Source of the DNA: the human T2T-CHM13v2.0 reference genome, Homo sapiens
DNA length: 64,000 nucleotides
Assembly (NCBI RefSeq): GCF_009914755.1
Contig: NC_060944.1
Strand: one strand, 5' to 3'
Shown: in pieces, positions 42,329 through 56,131 of the stretch
Layout: each line of letters starts with the position of its first letter
Position numbering within the stretch: position 1 is the first letter of the stretch
The notes under the pieces: model-generated
Database searches by the model: none
Told to the model about the DNA's origin: nothing
The model's input: the letters and a program-made list of their open reading frames with translations, nothing else
Translations under genes and position numbers: made by a program

Positions 42329-42614
42329 TTTTTTTTTTTTTTTTTTTTTAAGATGAGGTCTCCCTCTGTCACCCAGGCTGGAGTGCAGTGGCACAATCAC
42401 AGCTCACTTCAGCCTTGACATCCTGGGCTCAAATGATCCTCCACCTCAGCCCCCGAAGTAGCTGGGACTACAGGTGCATGGCCACACACCCAGTGAATTT
42501 TTGTATTTTTTTTTGTAGAGATGGGGTTTCACCATGTTGCCCAGAGTGGTCTCAAACTCCTGGGCTCAAGCGATCCTCCCGTCTTGGCCTCCCAAAGTGC
42601 TGGGATTATAGGCC
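42329..42614 (-). mobile_element. AluJ (5' end clipped)
   Basis: polyT, tcctgggctcaagcgatcctccc J-type diagnostics. Confidence 0.92.
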
Positions 42615-42629
42615 AACTCATTGTTTCTG

Positions 42630-43570
42630 AGCTCTTACTTTGTGTTCCAACTCTGTGCCAGGTCCTGACTGAGGCATTGGGGATATAGGGAGCAAAACTC
42701 ATGTTAAATATCAGACAAATAATCACACAAGAAGTCAGTTAACTACTTATAACGATGAGTGCTTCCAAGGAAAAATTCTGGGCAATCTTGGGGTGTGAAA
42801 TGGGGTTTGATCTACCCTGGAGTATCAGGGAAGACATTTAAACAAAACCTATTGTGGAGAGATGAGTAGGAACTAACCACGGGAGGGACAGTGTGTGGCA
42901 GGCGGAGTGCAGCAGAGGGAACTGTGTAGGGGAGAGCCCAGAGGCAGGAGAGGTCACTGTGGTTAGAGGGGTGGTGGGGCCAGGCCATACAAGGACTTCC
43001 AGGGCTGGATCTGGGACTGTGGACTTCATCCTGAAGGCAGTGGGGAGCTCATCATTTGATGTGGGATTGACATCGTGTGATGATCATCTTGACAGAGACC
43101 AGTCTGGCTACAGAAAGAGAATAGAGCAGCCCGAGTGGCCAATGAAAACGGCTGGTAAGAGGTGGTGGTGGCCTGGACTAGGATAGTGGCAGTGGGAAAG
43201 AAACAGATTTTAAAGATATTTTGGAGACATTTCATTGGATTTGAGAGATGTCAGGGGGTGAGTCCCAGGTTCGTGGTTCTATGAACGGGATGGAAGGTAG
43301 TGTCACTTGCTGAGATGTAGAGGACACAGGGACACGGCAGGGGAAGGGGTATTATGATCAACAAACGAGAACATTGACTGGGCATCGAGAGGCTCCGCCC
43401 TGGAGCTCAGATGAGTGACCAAGGCTGGAGGGGTAAATGTGGCACTTAGATGAGAATCGAAACCCAGACTGGTTGAGGTCCACCTGTGGAGGCAATGTAG
43501 GGCAGGAAGAGAGGGGAGTTCAGGACAGCCTGAGGAACCCTAGATGAGAACAGAGAAGGAGAAGGTGAAG
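42630..43570 (-). mobile_element. L2
   Basis: tgtgccaggtcctg... and purine-rich antisense L2 motifs. Confidence 0.65.
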
Positions 43571-44029
43571 CAGGAAGGTGGACATGGTCATGGCCTGTTC
43601 CCAGATGACTGTTTGCCCATCTATGAGATCATCCCACTGCAGCCCTGCAGAGGGAGGAAATGAGCAAGGGGCCATGTGGGCTCTGGGTCCCAGTGGTGGG
43701 TCCCAGGGTGGCAAGGCACTTACCCTCTCAGTCTGTTCTACGACTGTAAAGGGTAGTCTAGGGCTCTCCCCCATGGAATTTAGGTATCTTGTGCTTTCTG
43801 CTGTTGCCACAGGCTGTACACACACCCAGCTATCCCCGCTGCTCAGTAACTTCATCCAGCAGACACTCAGGGAATTGGCCACCACCAACCAGGTCCTGTG
43901 CCAGGCTCAGTGACCTTCACTATTTTAACACACGCACTTAAACAATACAATGATGCTAGAAGGTGTTATTTCTTACATGCTATTGTGGTTTAGGTTTCCC
44001 CCCACCTCTATGCATATTTCTTGATTGAT

Positions 44030-44250
44030 TTAAGATTTAGCACTGTAGGTAACAATATATGTTACGTAGTTATATAGTCTGAAAGAGCTAGAAGGAAGAT
44101 ATTGAATGTTCCCAACACAAATGATAAATGTTCAAGATGCTGGATATGCCAATTACCCTGATCTGATCGTTATGCATTATTTGTATCAAAACATCACTGT
44201 GTACCCCATAAGTAAGTACCATTATTTTATGTCCATTTAAAAAATGAAAG
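44030..44250 (+). mobile_element. L1MA-type 3' end
   Basis: tgaatgttcccaacacaaatgataaatgtt...aattaccctgatctgatc...catcactgtgtaccccataa. Confidence 0.8.
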
Positions 44251-44569
44251 AAAAAGTGTAGAAAACATTTACCTTTATATTTACCAATGCCTTTGATATG
44301 CTTCCTCTGTTCTGGAACATTCTCAACTATTATCTCCTCAGTTCTCCCCTGACCTATTATTCTCTCACTCTTCTCCTTCCAGAATGCTGATTGAACAGGC
44401 ATCCATTAGACACTCTTACTCTGTCCGCTGTGCACATAAACTCTCTTTCATATTTCCTTTTTGACCGTCTATGCCAAACTCTGGATAATTTCTTCAGAGT
44501 CATCTTCCAGTTGACACACCTCTTTTCTGCTAGGTCTAATCTGTTCCAGAGTGTAGAAATGGAAGAATG

Positions 44570-45070
44570 ACTCCTCAAGCTAAAGTAACCTTGTTACTAA
44601 AACCCCAACAAAGACAGTATGAGACAGGAAAATTATAGGCCAGTCACACTTGTGAACCTGATACAAAAGTCCTAAACAAAACATCAGCCAACAAAACCCA
44701 ACAATCTATAGAAAGAATAATATGTCATGACCAAATAGGGTTTATTCCAGGAATGCAAGATTGATCTACCATTAGAAAACCAAATTACATGTTTACTATG
44801 TTAACTGAATTAAAGGAGAAAGGTCATTTGAGCCTGTCAGTGGATGCAGGGGGAAAGAATTTGATAAAATTGAAAAGCCATGCATGATTTTAATAAAGCC
44901 ACACACTTTGACCCACCAGGAGGTCCCTCAGCTTGCTTAAGAATACCTCAAAGAACCTGTGGCAAATGGCATCCTTTGTGGTGAAATATTGAGCTCTTTA
45001 AGATAAGGAAAAAGGCCCGGATGTCTGTTCTCACCATTTCTATTCAGCGTTGTCCTGGAGGTTCCTGGAC
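44570..45070 (+). mobile_element. Old L1 ORF2 (RT region) fragment
   Basis: gaaaattataggccagtcacacttgtgaac, catgaccaaatagggtttattccaggaatgcaag, tttgataaaatt motifs. Confidence 0.75.
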
Positions 45071-45691
45071 AGTTTGGCGAGGTGGGAAAAAAAAAACAAG
45101 GAAGGACTGGAAAGGAAGGTGCACAGGTGACTCCTGGTTTCTAGCTTGCACTCCTGCAAGGATGTTTGTGCCATTTACCAAGATGAGAAAGACTGAGAAG
45201 CCTTGGGCTGAGTGTTGGGAGCACAAGAGAAAATGGCCTGGCTTCCCTGGAAAGATCACCAGGCCTGGAATCAGGATACTTCAGCTCCATTCCCAACTCT
45301 TCCCCCAGCCATGGATGGACTGCTTTCCTCCCTGGACCTGAGTCTCTATCTGTGAAATGGGTGGGCAGGAAAGATGGATCCAAGGTGGACTGTGATGGCC
45401 AGATCTGGTGGGAAACCAGAGAGGAACAGGGGGAGCCGGCCCCCATTCTCCAGGAGGGCAGGCTTCTGTGTGCAGAGCCTCTGGTGGGAGGAAACATCTG
45501 TTTGGGGATAGGGCAGGAGTCTGACCGAGTTAGGGCACCGTCTTGACCCTCTGCCTTGCAGAAACATCATCCCTTCTCTCCTTTGCCAAGGGGTTGCTAT
45601 CGTTATTATTGTTGCTGTTATTGGTGCTGTTGGGTATGTTCTGCGGTTGTAAGGCACTGACCCCCACCGACATGTCTTTTTGATGTTTTAG

Positions 45692-45937
45692 ACCTACAAC
45701 GGCCAGAGCGAGAACAACGAAGACTATGAGATCCCCCCGATAACACCTCCCAACCTCCCGGAGCCATCCCTCCTGCACCTGGGGGACCACGAAGCCAGCT
45801 ACCACTCGCTGTGCCACGGCCTCACCCCCAACGGTCTGCTCCCTGCCTACTCCTATCAGGCCATGGACCTCCCAGCCATCATGGTGTCCAACATGCTAGC
45901 ACAGGACAGCCACCTGCTGTCGGGCCAGCTGCCCACG
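45692..45937 (+). CDS. TOX2: TOX2 internal coding exon (exon 3), 246 nt, TYNGQSENNEDYEIPPITPPNLPEPSLLHLGDHEASYHSLCHGLTPNGLLPAYSYQAMDLPAIMVSNMLAQDSHLLSGQLPT
   Basis: Branch-like CTGAC near 45657-45661, acceptor tttttgatgttttAG (45690-45691), donor ACG/GTGAGT at 45938. 82 open codons carrying the TOX-family EDYEIPPITPP motif. CpG-rich, exon-like composition. Confidence 0.98.
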
Positions 45938-46392
45938 GTGAGTCCCTATCGCCTGCTGCAGTTCCTGCTGATGACAGCAGGGAGGGGGTTGAGAGGGAAG
46001 CAGAAGAATGTTGATGCTTTGATAAGAACTCTCTGCTCATGGGCAGGGTCTGGGTTTACCTGGTTGCTTGGAGTTGGTAATCCCATGCTGGGATTACCTG
46101 GTAGCATGGGAGTCTGTGGGACACGGTGGGTGGGCATGGAGAGAAATCTAATATCAGCACACTGCTTCCTTCTGGAGCTCTGCGTACAGTATCTCGGTAT
46201 TGGTTTGCATTATTTGTTAATAGTATAATCTCATTTTTATTTTTTAACAGTTTTATTGAGGTATAATTTATATTCCATACAATTCACCCATTTAAAGTAT
46301 ACTACTTAATGACTTTTCATATATTGACAGAGTTGTGTGACCATTAACACGATTGATTTTAGAACATTTCATCACCCCATAAAGAAACACTA

Positions 46393-46960
<568 letters not shown>

Positions 46961-47423
46961 AGGAAGAAACATCATATTTTTGGCCATCACTCCCAATCCA
47001 CCCCCTGAAATCTTCAGCCCTAGGCAACCACTAATTGACTTTCTGTCTCTATAAATTTGTCTGTTCTGGACATTTCATAGAAATGGAGTCATATAATTAA
47101 AAAAAAATTGTATCTTGCTTAAGCTGCCAGAGAAGAGGGTGATTACTGAGTTAAAGTTCATGGGATAGGTAAAAATGTAGCAGGCAGACAAAGGCAAGAA
47201 AGAACCTTTCCCAGGTTGGGGGAATATCAGGTACAAAAGGAGGTGGCAAGGGTGCTCGTGCCATGCTTGGGAATAGCATGTGGTTCATGCTTTTTATTGG
47301 GCTGGAGAGGAAGGACCTGGAGCCAAGGAGAGAGAGGAGATGAAAGAGCTCAGCAGGGCCTGGATCATAAGGGTCCTGAATCCCATTCTAAGGAGATATA
47401 TATCCTTAGAATGGCTGATTTGA

Positions 47424-47720
47424 GGCCAGGCATGGTGGCTCACAGCTCTAATCCCAGCACTTTGGGAGGCTGAGGCGGGGGATCACTTGAGGCCAGGAGT
47501 TCAAGACCATCCTGGTCAACATGGTGAAATTCTGTCTCTACTAAAAATACAAAAATTAGCCAGGCATAGTGGCACACACCTGTAATACCAGCTACTCAGA
47601 AGGTTGAGGCACGAGAATTGCTTGAACCTGGGAGGTAAAGGTTGCAGTAAGCTGAGATGGTGCCACTGCACTCCAGCCTGGGCCACGCAGCAAGACCCTG
47701 TCTCAAAAAAAAATAATAAT
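47424..47720 (+). mobile_element. AluS
   Basis: TSD aatggctgatttga / aatggctgatctga. Confidence 0.95.
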
Positions 47721-48691
47721 AATGGCTGATCTGAACCATCAAAATCTATAGAAAAATGGTAGAACAGTAGAGCATTTTTTTTATACCACAGAAAAATCTC
47801 CTTAAGGGAATTCTATTGCTTCTTCTGAACAACTGTGACTTGTGTTTATTTTTGCTTTTTTTCCCTTCACATTTAATATTACGTACTAGTCATGACTCTT
47901 ACATTCATTTTTAAGTGACAGGGACCAAACTCAAACTTATACAAAAGAGTATGAAATATCCAGGGGGTGGATACAGGGTTTCAGGCATGGTTCAATCCAG
48001 GAACCCCACCAGTGTCACAAGGCCCATTTCCACACAACAGGCTTGATGGCTGCTGGCAGCCAGCATCTTCCCTGACATCTCTGGCAGAGAGGATGATGAC
48101 AGCATCGCTGGACAGACCACTATGTCTAGGAGGAAGCAGTTCACTATTTTGTCAGCTTGAGTCACACACACACCTGTGGCACAGGAGGAGGCCTGCTTAG
48201 TTGATTTTCCTAGCAGAATCTCATGGTTTGGGGTGGCTTGTGTCTACCTCTGCCATGACTGTTCAGAAGCCACAGTCGAATTTGTGGCCCAATTCTAGCA
48301 GACCCCTGGGACCTTAGGACACGGCTTTATAGTCAAACGATCTCAACTGTATTTTGTTTACTCTTCATTTATTACCACCAAACTTCCTTGTTCAAAAAAG
48401 CAGTGTCCTCTGTGTATTTTTATAAGGCACGTCACATTTTTTTGTTTGTTTTTGAAGCTAGGTGGGAAATAAAAGGAGACAAGAAAGGGAAGGAGGGTGG
48501 GAGGAAACCAACTCGAGATCCACATTTCATAGTGTTTGGTTCTCACGAAAGAGTTCAATGAAAATGGATGCTCCGTTTCTCCAGAAATTTTTTCCTCGTG
48601 GGTCCATCAATAATGCAAGTCCTCAGCTTCCTCTTCTCTCTCTCAAACCTAGCGATTCAGACTCACACTGCCATGTCTGGAATGGTTTTAA

Positions 48692-48821
48692 CCCATTTAT
48701 GCCTGAGGTTGCAATTTTTTGAATTTTTGCTATCAGACCTTGGCAATGAGCTTGAGCAGTAGGATATAAATAACTCCCACATGCTTAGCGTTTCAGTAAT
48801 GGAACACTAGGCATAAATGGG
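48692..48821 (-). mobile_element. MER85 (piggyBac/PGBD3-derived MITE)
   Basis: Perfect 13-bp TIRs CCCATTTATGCCT...AGGCATAAATGGG; TTAA at 48688-48691 on the left, TTTC on the right; interior matches the recalled MER85 consensus. Confidence 0.9.
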
Positions 48822-49943
48822 TTTCCAGTTCGTTAGAATGCTTGTACCGTACTTGCTTACTGGGCTCATTTTCTAGCAGAAACCTCACTGCTCCGGACCA
48901 TCCCTGTTTGGGATTTATGGTAATACAAACAAGAGCAGGGCCAGGTGGGCACTTTGTCATCTGCTATGAGGGCTGTGGTGCAGGGGTGAGCATGGCTACA
49001 GTTTGGGGCCACTGTGTTGCCGCCTTTGGTACTGGGGTGAATGGAGACAGTGTGGGGTGGTGGTTGGTCCCAGACACCAGAATTAGATCCTGGCTTCACC
49101 TTTGAAGCCTCGGTTTCCTTGTCTTGGAATCATAATCGTACCCACCTGAAGATTGTGATGAAGTGTATCAGAGATAATGTATGTAAAGTCTTAGCAAATG
49201 TCTGGCAGAGAGTAAACATTCAATGAGCACTTGCTATTATTATTTGTAATAAAAACGAATTTGACTGTAACTGAATGGCAGTGTTTTCCCTTAAGTCTCA
49301 TTTACCTAAAGGAGCAGACTGCAGACGCCCTCAGGTACATTTGTAGGGCCACCTGATTATAATAGCTCTGATAATTACAAAGCATGTTATCTTTTTGTCA
49401 AAGATGACCCCCTAATTGCCCCTCCTAGGAAATGCTTTTGTTGGGCTCTGTCCAAATAGGCACTTGCAGTCGTTTTCCAGATTTTCTTTAAAAGTAGCTC
49501 ATGTTTAAGAGGCTTCACAAATTCAGATAGCCTTAATTCTTCCATTAGACTTTGCAAGGGTTCACTGAATTTTATATTTCCTCTTTATGTCATGAAAGAT
49601 AAGCCAAACTCTATTACCCAGGGGAGGGCACCCGGACCAACTGGGAAAACCAGATAAGGAGATGTACATGCATTGGGACTATCTGGTGAAGAGAGACAAG
49701 GGACTCTTCAAGACAAGAGTTTTTAAATTCATCTGAACCACAGGACAAAGGGGCGTGGCTCTGTGTGTGCGTGGGCATACACGCTACGTGGGTGACGCTG
49801 GAATTGGTGTTAACACCTGCTGGGTTTCAAGCACCGTGCAGAGGGCTTTCAAACGTTTTCTTGCATAATCCCCCCAAGAAGCAAACCGAGGGATAATGAT
49901 AATAGTATCATGAAGGGATGGAGACCCCAAGGTGGCAGATGAT

Positions 49944-50409
49944 TATATTAGTGTCTCATGGCTGTTCCAAGAGATTGCCACCAACTTGGGGGCTTAAAAA
50001 AACAGAGATTTATTCTATCACACCTCCAGAAGTCCAGAAGCAGTCTCCTTGGGCTGAAATCACGGTGTCAGGAGGAACTCACTTTCCCCAGAGGCTGTCG
50101 GGGAGAATCCAGCCTCGCTTCTCCTCCGGCTCCTGGGGGTTGCTGGTCTTCCCTGGCTCGTGGCTGCATCATTCTGATCTCTGCCTCCATCTTCACATCG
50201 CCTTCCCTCTGTCAGCAAAACTCCCTTTGCCCCTCTTCTAAGGACATTTGTGATGGCATTTAGGGCATTTGGGGATAATCTAGGAAAATCTCCCATCTCA
50301 AGATCCTTAATCACATCTGCAAAGACCCTCTTTTCTAAATACAGTACCATTTACAGGTTCCAAGGATTAGGACCTGATGTCTTTGGGGGACATTTTTCAA
50401 CCTACCACA
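49944..50409 (-). mobile_element. MLT1 (B/C/D-like) MaLR solo LTR
   Basis: ccaacttgggggcttaaaaaaacagagatttattct ... tcacatctgcaaagaccct ... cctaccaca. Confidence 0.82.
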
Positions 50410-52237
50410 GTGATCCTCAGCTGTGCGACAGCCTTCATTGAGTGCCCACTAGGTACCAGGCATTGTTCTAGGCTTGTGATCTACAAGATGCCCTTGAGGG
50501 ACTCCTGGTGCAGATGGAGAGAAGGTGAAAAGCCTATTTCTAAGACTGTGGTAAATTCTCTAATAGCATCAGTGTGTGGTGCTCTGTGCCCGGAAGAGGC
50601 CCCTTAGATGTGGGGTTATCACTTCCTAGAGGAAGTGTCCCCTGATGCAGAGTAGATTCTATAAGTACTTTGTGAATGAATTACTGTCATGCAGCTCTTA
50701 AACAGCAAGGCCAGAATGCAAACCCAGCTCTATCCCCTGCCATCCACCTCTCAGTTTTACCAGATGGCTGAGGGATGGTGCGGCTGGGCTGCAGGGCCAC
50801 AGGTGGCACAGAGGATGCGCTGATGGCCAGGGTGCTTCAGGCGTTGTCTGCACAGATCGAGATACACTGAGGATGTCATCCCTGGAGAGGCGGGCAAGGC
50901 CAAGGCATTTGACAGCCATCTCATAAATGCCAAAGCCCCCTTGGCTCTGATCCCAGAGGCCACCAATTCTTTCCGGTCCCCTGCCCTGGCCTGTTCAGCC
51001 TTGCAGGCGTGGGTGGGAGTTAGCTTTCTGCTTTGAAGGTATGGCAGCTAGCAGGAGTCATGTACAGTATTGGAATCGAACCCCTTTTACAAAATTAAAT
51101 ATGCTTAAGGCTTCTCCCTCAACTTCAGCGTCTTAACTGATTAAACATTTATTTCCAAGACAAAAAGAGTCAATTTAGTATGAAAGATATATTTTGCCGG
51201 TTTAATTTAAAGTGCTGCACCTCTGTCTGACCCTGATTTTCATAACTCAATAATTTTATCCTGTGTTGATTGTCTCATTTCGAGAGAGATATTGTATGTA
51301 TAAATCAGTTTCTAAAATACCCAAAGAAACTCGAAGAGTGGAATTTATTAAGCTGCTTCTGTTAAGTCTGAAATCATTTATTTTGGAGTCGTCCTTGGGA
51401 AATGTTTGAGCTTATGCTCCTGGCTTACCCAGGAGAGGAATTACCCTGGGAGATGACAGAGTTGGACATTCCCAGACAGGTTCCTGGGGAACCTGCATCT
51501 TTTGTGAGACCAGAGAAACTCCTGGGAGAGCCTCGGGCAGATGGAGGCTGGGCCCAGCCAGAAATGAATTCTGGCAAAGCTCCCCCGACAGTAGCTATAG
51601 ATTCTGCTGATCAGGGAAATGTGGGTTTTTCCTGCACCAAGCCCTGTGGGTCCCTGGAGTTGTGTGGTCTTGCTGTGGGACTCACTTAGTGCAGGAGAGG
51701 TATGCAGTGTCATTCATGCATTCTCCTCCCAGCTTTGACTCCTGTTTGCTATCTTTGGGATCTTGGACAAGTTACTTCTCTCCCAGCCTCAGTTTTCCTA
51801 TCTATGAAATGGGGATTGGGATTTCAGCTCTGGTGAACTCACAAATAGGAAAATGGGTAGAATTGTTTTGTTAGCAGTGACATACTAGACAAGTATATGG
51901 ATCTGAAGTTCAATAGTCCTCCCACTACCAACGTCACACATATCACTGGCCTAAGGGGGCTCAAATACTATCAAATGCAGTACTTAGTGCTGCGTTTCAG
52001 ATTCTTTGTGTTCTAGGTCCCCGTCCCAAAGCATCTTGCCAAGATAGGCCCTTCATGCTGCACACACAGGGCTAGGGGCTGTGGCCCAGGGTCCCCCACC
52101 CCAAGTGAAGGGCCTTTCCATGCTGGTGCCCTGGACTAGGCTGTTGGGGAAGGGGCTGAGCTGTACCTTAGTTGCCACTTGACCACCTTGCTTTAGAGAT
52201 GGTTCCTGTGCCCGGAGCCTGGGGGCAGGATTTAAAA

Positions 52238-52411
52238 CTTGGAGTGGGGACTTGATCCTGGGGGCAGGGCCTTGGACTTAGGGACAAGTTCTGGGTATTG
52301 ACTCTGGGAGGTCCTTGATATACCTTGGAGTGGGGACTTGATCCTGGGGGCAAGGGCCTTGGAGTTAGGGACAGGGTCTGGGTATTGACTCTGGGAGGTG
52401 CTTGATATACC
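52238..52411 (+). repeat. 86/87-bp G-rich tandem duplication (2 copies)
   Basis: cttggagtggggacttgatcctggggg...gatatac starting at 52238 and 52324. Confidence 0.92.
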
Positions 52412-52714
52412 TCCTAACACCTCCCCCATTTTCTTCCTGTTCTGAACTATTCCCCTCCAATCTCCTTTCTCTCTCCTCTTCTCTTCCCTACCACTTTCCT
52501 CCTCCCTGCAGAAGGCATGGTCTATCCCTGTTGGATTCTCACAAGTTGAGACATAGGAATACCCTCCCAAGTTGCAGACACAAGGAAGAAAGACCCTCAA
52601 CCCTTGGTCCTCTGGTCTTCTGAAACACAGGGGGCAGTAGGGACCCCCTAGTCCAACCCATTCATTTCATTACTCTTAATGCATAACATTTTTGGTTTGG
52701 TCTTGTCTTATGAA

Positions 52715-53588
<874 letters not shown>

Positions 53589-54696
53589 GATGACATTTTG
53601 GGTTTTCTCTGTGCATTTTTGGTTTCTTGGCATACAGTATCATCTAGTAGTCAGGTGTATAGGCTATGTGGTCAGGCTGACCTAAGTTCAAACCCCAGCT
53701 CCCCTCCTTGTTACCCCCAACCCTGTGACCCAGATCAAGGGGTTGATCCTCCCTGAGCCTCAGTTTCTTCATCTGTAAATGGAGATATTGTTACCTGCCT
53801 CATAGGAGTTTATAAAGAGTCAGCGATCCGATGCAGGTGAAGTGTCACGCATAGGCAATTGGTAAATGTAAGCTGCTCTGTTTATTACTTTAACCACTTT
53901 ATTGACGGGGTTGGGGTGGCTTCAGCCTCGTCTCTAAGTTTGTCCGGGCTGACCTGCTGCTTACCAACTTTGTCGGGGGCTGAGGTGGCCAGGGATAGTG
54001 GGAGGGCCCCAGCTGGGGGACAGGCAGGGGAAGGCATATTAGTTACACTTAGGACCTCGGTCAGGGCTCAGAGCTTAAAAGCAACAGCGGAGTGACAGTT
54101 CCACTGCTTGCCAAGAAAGCGGGGGCCCAAGACGCAATGCTTCTTGGCATCGTGACCAAGGGAAGGATCCATCTTAGTCGAAGCAGGGGGTTACCAGGGG
54201 CACCTCCGAGTTGGGCTTTTCCAAGGTGCCATGCTTTTGTCTAACGTCCCTCTGGGGATGGAAGTAGGGGGAGCACTGATCTCCCAAATGGGTCTCTGAG
54301 GGTCCTAAACAGTGGTAACTAGAGGCCCTGGGCTTCCTTTGTATTTACCAGAGTCCAGATGAAACTCCTGGCCCCTGTTTTTCAGAGGCATTAAGCAAAA
54401 GAAATATGTCTTTTTACATTTTATAAAACTCAGAAAAATGGCTTTAAACAGCTTTTGCTCTCCTGCTATAATTATTTATTTTCAAACACTCCTGCAGGGG
54501 ACCGCTCCATTTTCTTACCCTGAACTCCTTTTTCTCATAAATGAACCATCACTTCAATAAATCATTATGGAAACAGAGACTAACACCGGCTCTGAAAGGT
54601 TGAAAGATTTATGTAACACATTTATGTTTCCCATTTTCTCATTCTGGTACTCGGCTGCAAAAGCTAAGCTAATAAAAGCTGCTATTAATATTTCTT

Positions 54697-54709
54697 GTTG
54701 CCTAGCAAC
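54697..54709. promoter_or_regulatory. RFX X-box within a repeat-free block (~54400-55200)
   Basis: GTTGCCTAGCAAC, a near-palindromic match to the X-box consensus. Confidence 0.55.
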
Positions 54710-55436
54710 CCCAGAGCGGGAGTAATAGCTTCGGCTAGAAAAATAGATGACCGATAAGGAAAAATTCAATTCTTTTATTATCTCAGGGGGAAATGGCCTT
54801 TTACTGGAACATTATGATGTACGAGTGTGAAGTTGAACACAAAAGATTTTTTTGTATGTGTTTGTTTTTCTGTTTTTAATGAACATTATTTTACCTCCAC
54901 TAACTCTTTTAGGGCACTTTTACTTTTCTTTCGTAAACCCCCCATCCCATCCCTCATGCTTAATTTAGCAGCTACAGTAGTTAAGAATCTGTCGGCGTTC
55001 TTTAGTTTAAAAATGGTTTTTGCAAAGGTTTACAACTCGGTCATAAAAATTCACTCCCTGTTAAAACTCAGGCCAGTGATAAGCTAACACGCAGGCTGGT
55101 TTTCTGTGAACAGGATCACGTTTGTTGACGAGATAAGATTCATGGTTTTCCCTACAAGAAAGGTCGGAAAGGAACAAAACATGTTCTTTTCCATGTCCCA
55201 GTTTTCTTTGGAACCAGGGACACTGTCTCTTTTGAGAACCGTTTGCTCTGCAGTTTGGGATGCGTTCACACTGGGAGAGGATGGGGCACAGATATTCACT
55301 GAGCACCTGCTCTGCAGAGCCTTGGTGCCGTTCCCTTCTCCCAGCACCCTTTAAGGTAGGAACCATTAGGGTGCCTATTTTTCAGATGCAGAAACTGAGG
55401 CTTAGAGAGGCCAAGGGATCAGGCTGAGGTAGCATC

Positions 55437-55568
55437 TTTTTTATTTTTAGTAGAGACAGGATTTCACCATGTTGCCCAAGCTGGTCTCGAACTCCTGAGC
55501 TCATGCAATCTGCCTGCCTCAGCCTCCCAAAGTGCCAGGATTACAGACGTGAGCCACTATGCCTGGCC
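55437..55568 (-). mobile_element. FLAM_C-like Alu monomer
   Basis: Single left arm; TSD ctgaggtagcatctt / ctgaagtagcatctt. Confidence 0.88.
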
Positions 55569-55616
55569 TGAAGTAGCATCTTAAACCATGGTGTTTCCCA
55601 CCTGTGTTCTTTAGCG

Positions 55617-55838
55617 CAGGGGTTCCCAACCTCGGCACCACTGACATTTTGGGTGGGATGATTCTCTGTTATTGGGGGTGTCCTGTGCCTTGTAGGATGT
55701 CTAGCAGCATTCCTGGCCTCTACTCACTATTCCTGGCCTCTAGTAGCACTACCCTAGTCAAAATAAAAACGAAAAATGTCTCTAGACCTTGCCAAACATC
55801 CCCTGGGAGCAAAATCACCCCTGGTTGAGAGCCTCCGC
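55617..55838. mobile_element. MER20 (hAT-Charlie)
   Basis: caggggttcccaacctcggcaccactgacattttggg ... caaaatcacccctggttgaga; internal duplication of attcctggcctcta. Confidence 0.85.
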
Positions 55839-55953
55839 CTGCTGTTCGCTCTGCTGAGAAGGCTGTTCCACCTTGTCCACCCAGTGAACTCCTATTCCTG
55901 TATGAGGACCCAGTTCAGAAGTTATCTTCTCACAGAGGCTGCCTGGATGCTCT

Positions 55954-56131
55954 GGGCTGGAACGAGGGTGAGGCATGTGAGATGCGTGCCTCAACCATAA
56001 AATTTAAAGGTGTGTCCAAAAAGTCATCAAGATAAAAATAGTGTTTTAACGAAATATTTTGAAAAGGCAAGATTAACACAGAAAACCATGATGAACAACA
56101 TATCAGAAATGTAAATTAAGGTGGGATCAGT
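55954..56131. mobile_element. MER96B-like hAT-Tip100 fragment
   Basis: agggtgaggcatgtgagatgcgtgcctc...aaaatttaaagg...ccatgatgaacaacatatcag. Confidence 0.65.

Noticed and set aside
45530-45817. Antisense 95-aa ORF with a hydrophobic stretch overlapping exon 3
   Set aside because: Shadow ORF of a GC-rich coding exon with a non-ATG start; no independent support
45863-46228. 121-aa ORF starting MDLPAIMVSNML
   Set aside because: The first 25 codons are the end of TOX2 exon 3; the rest is read-through past the GTGAGT donor into the intron
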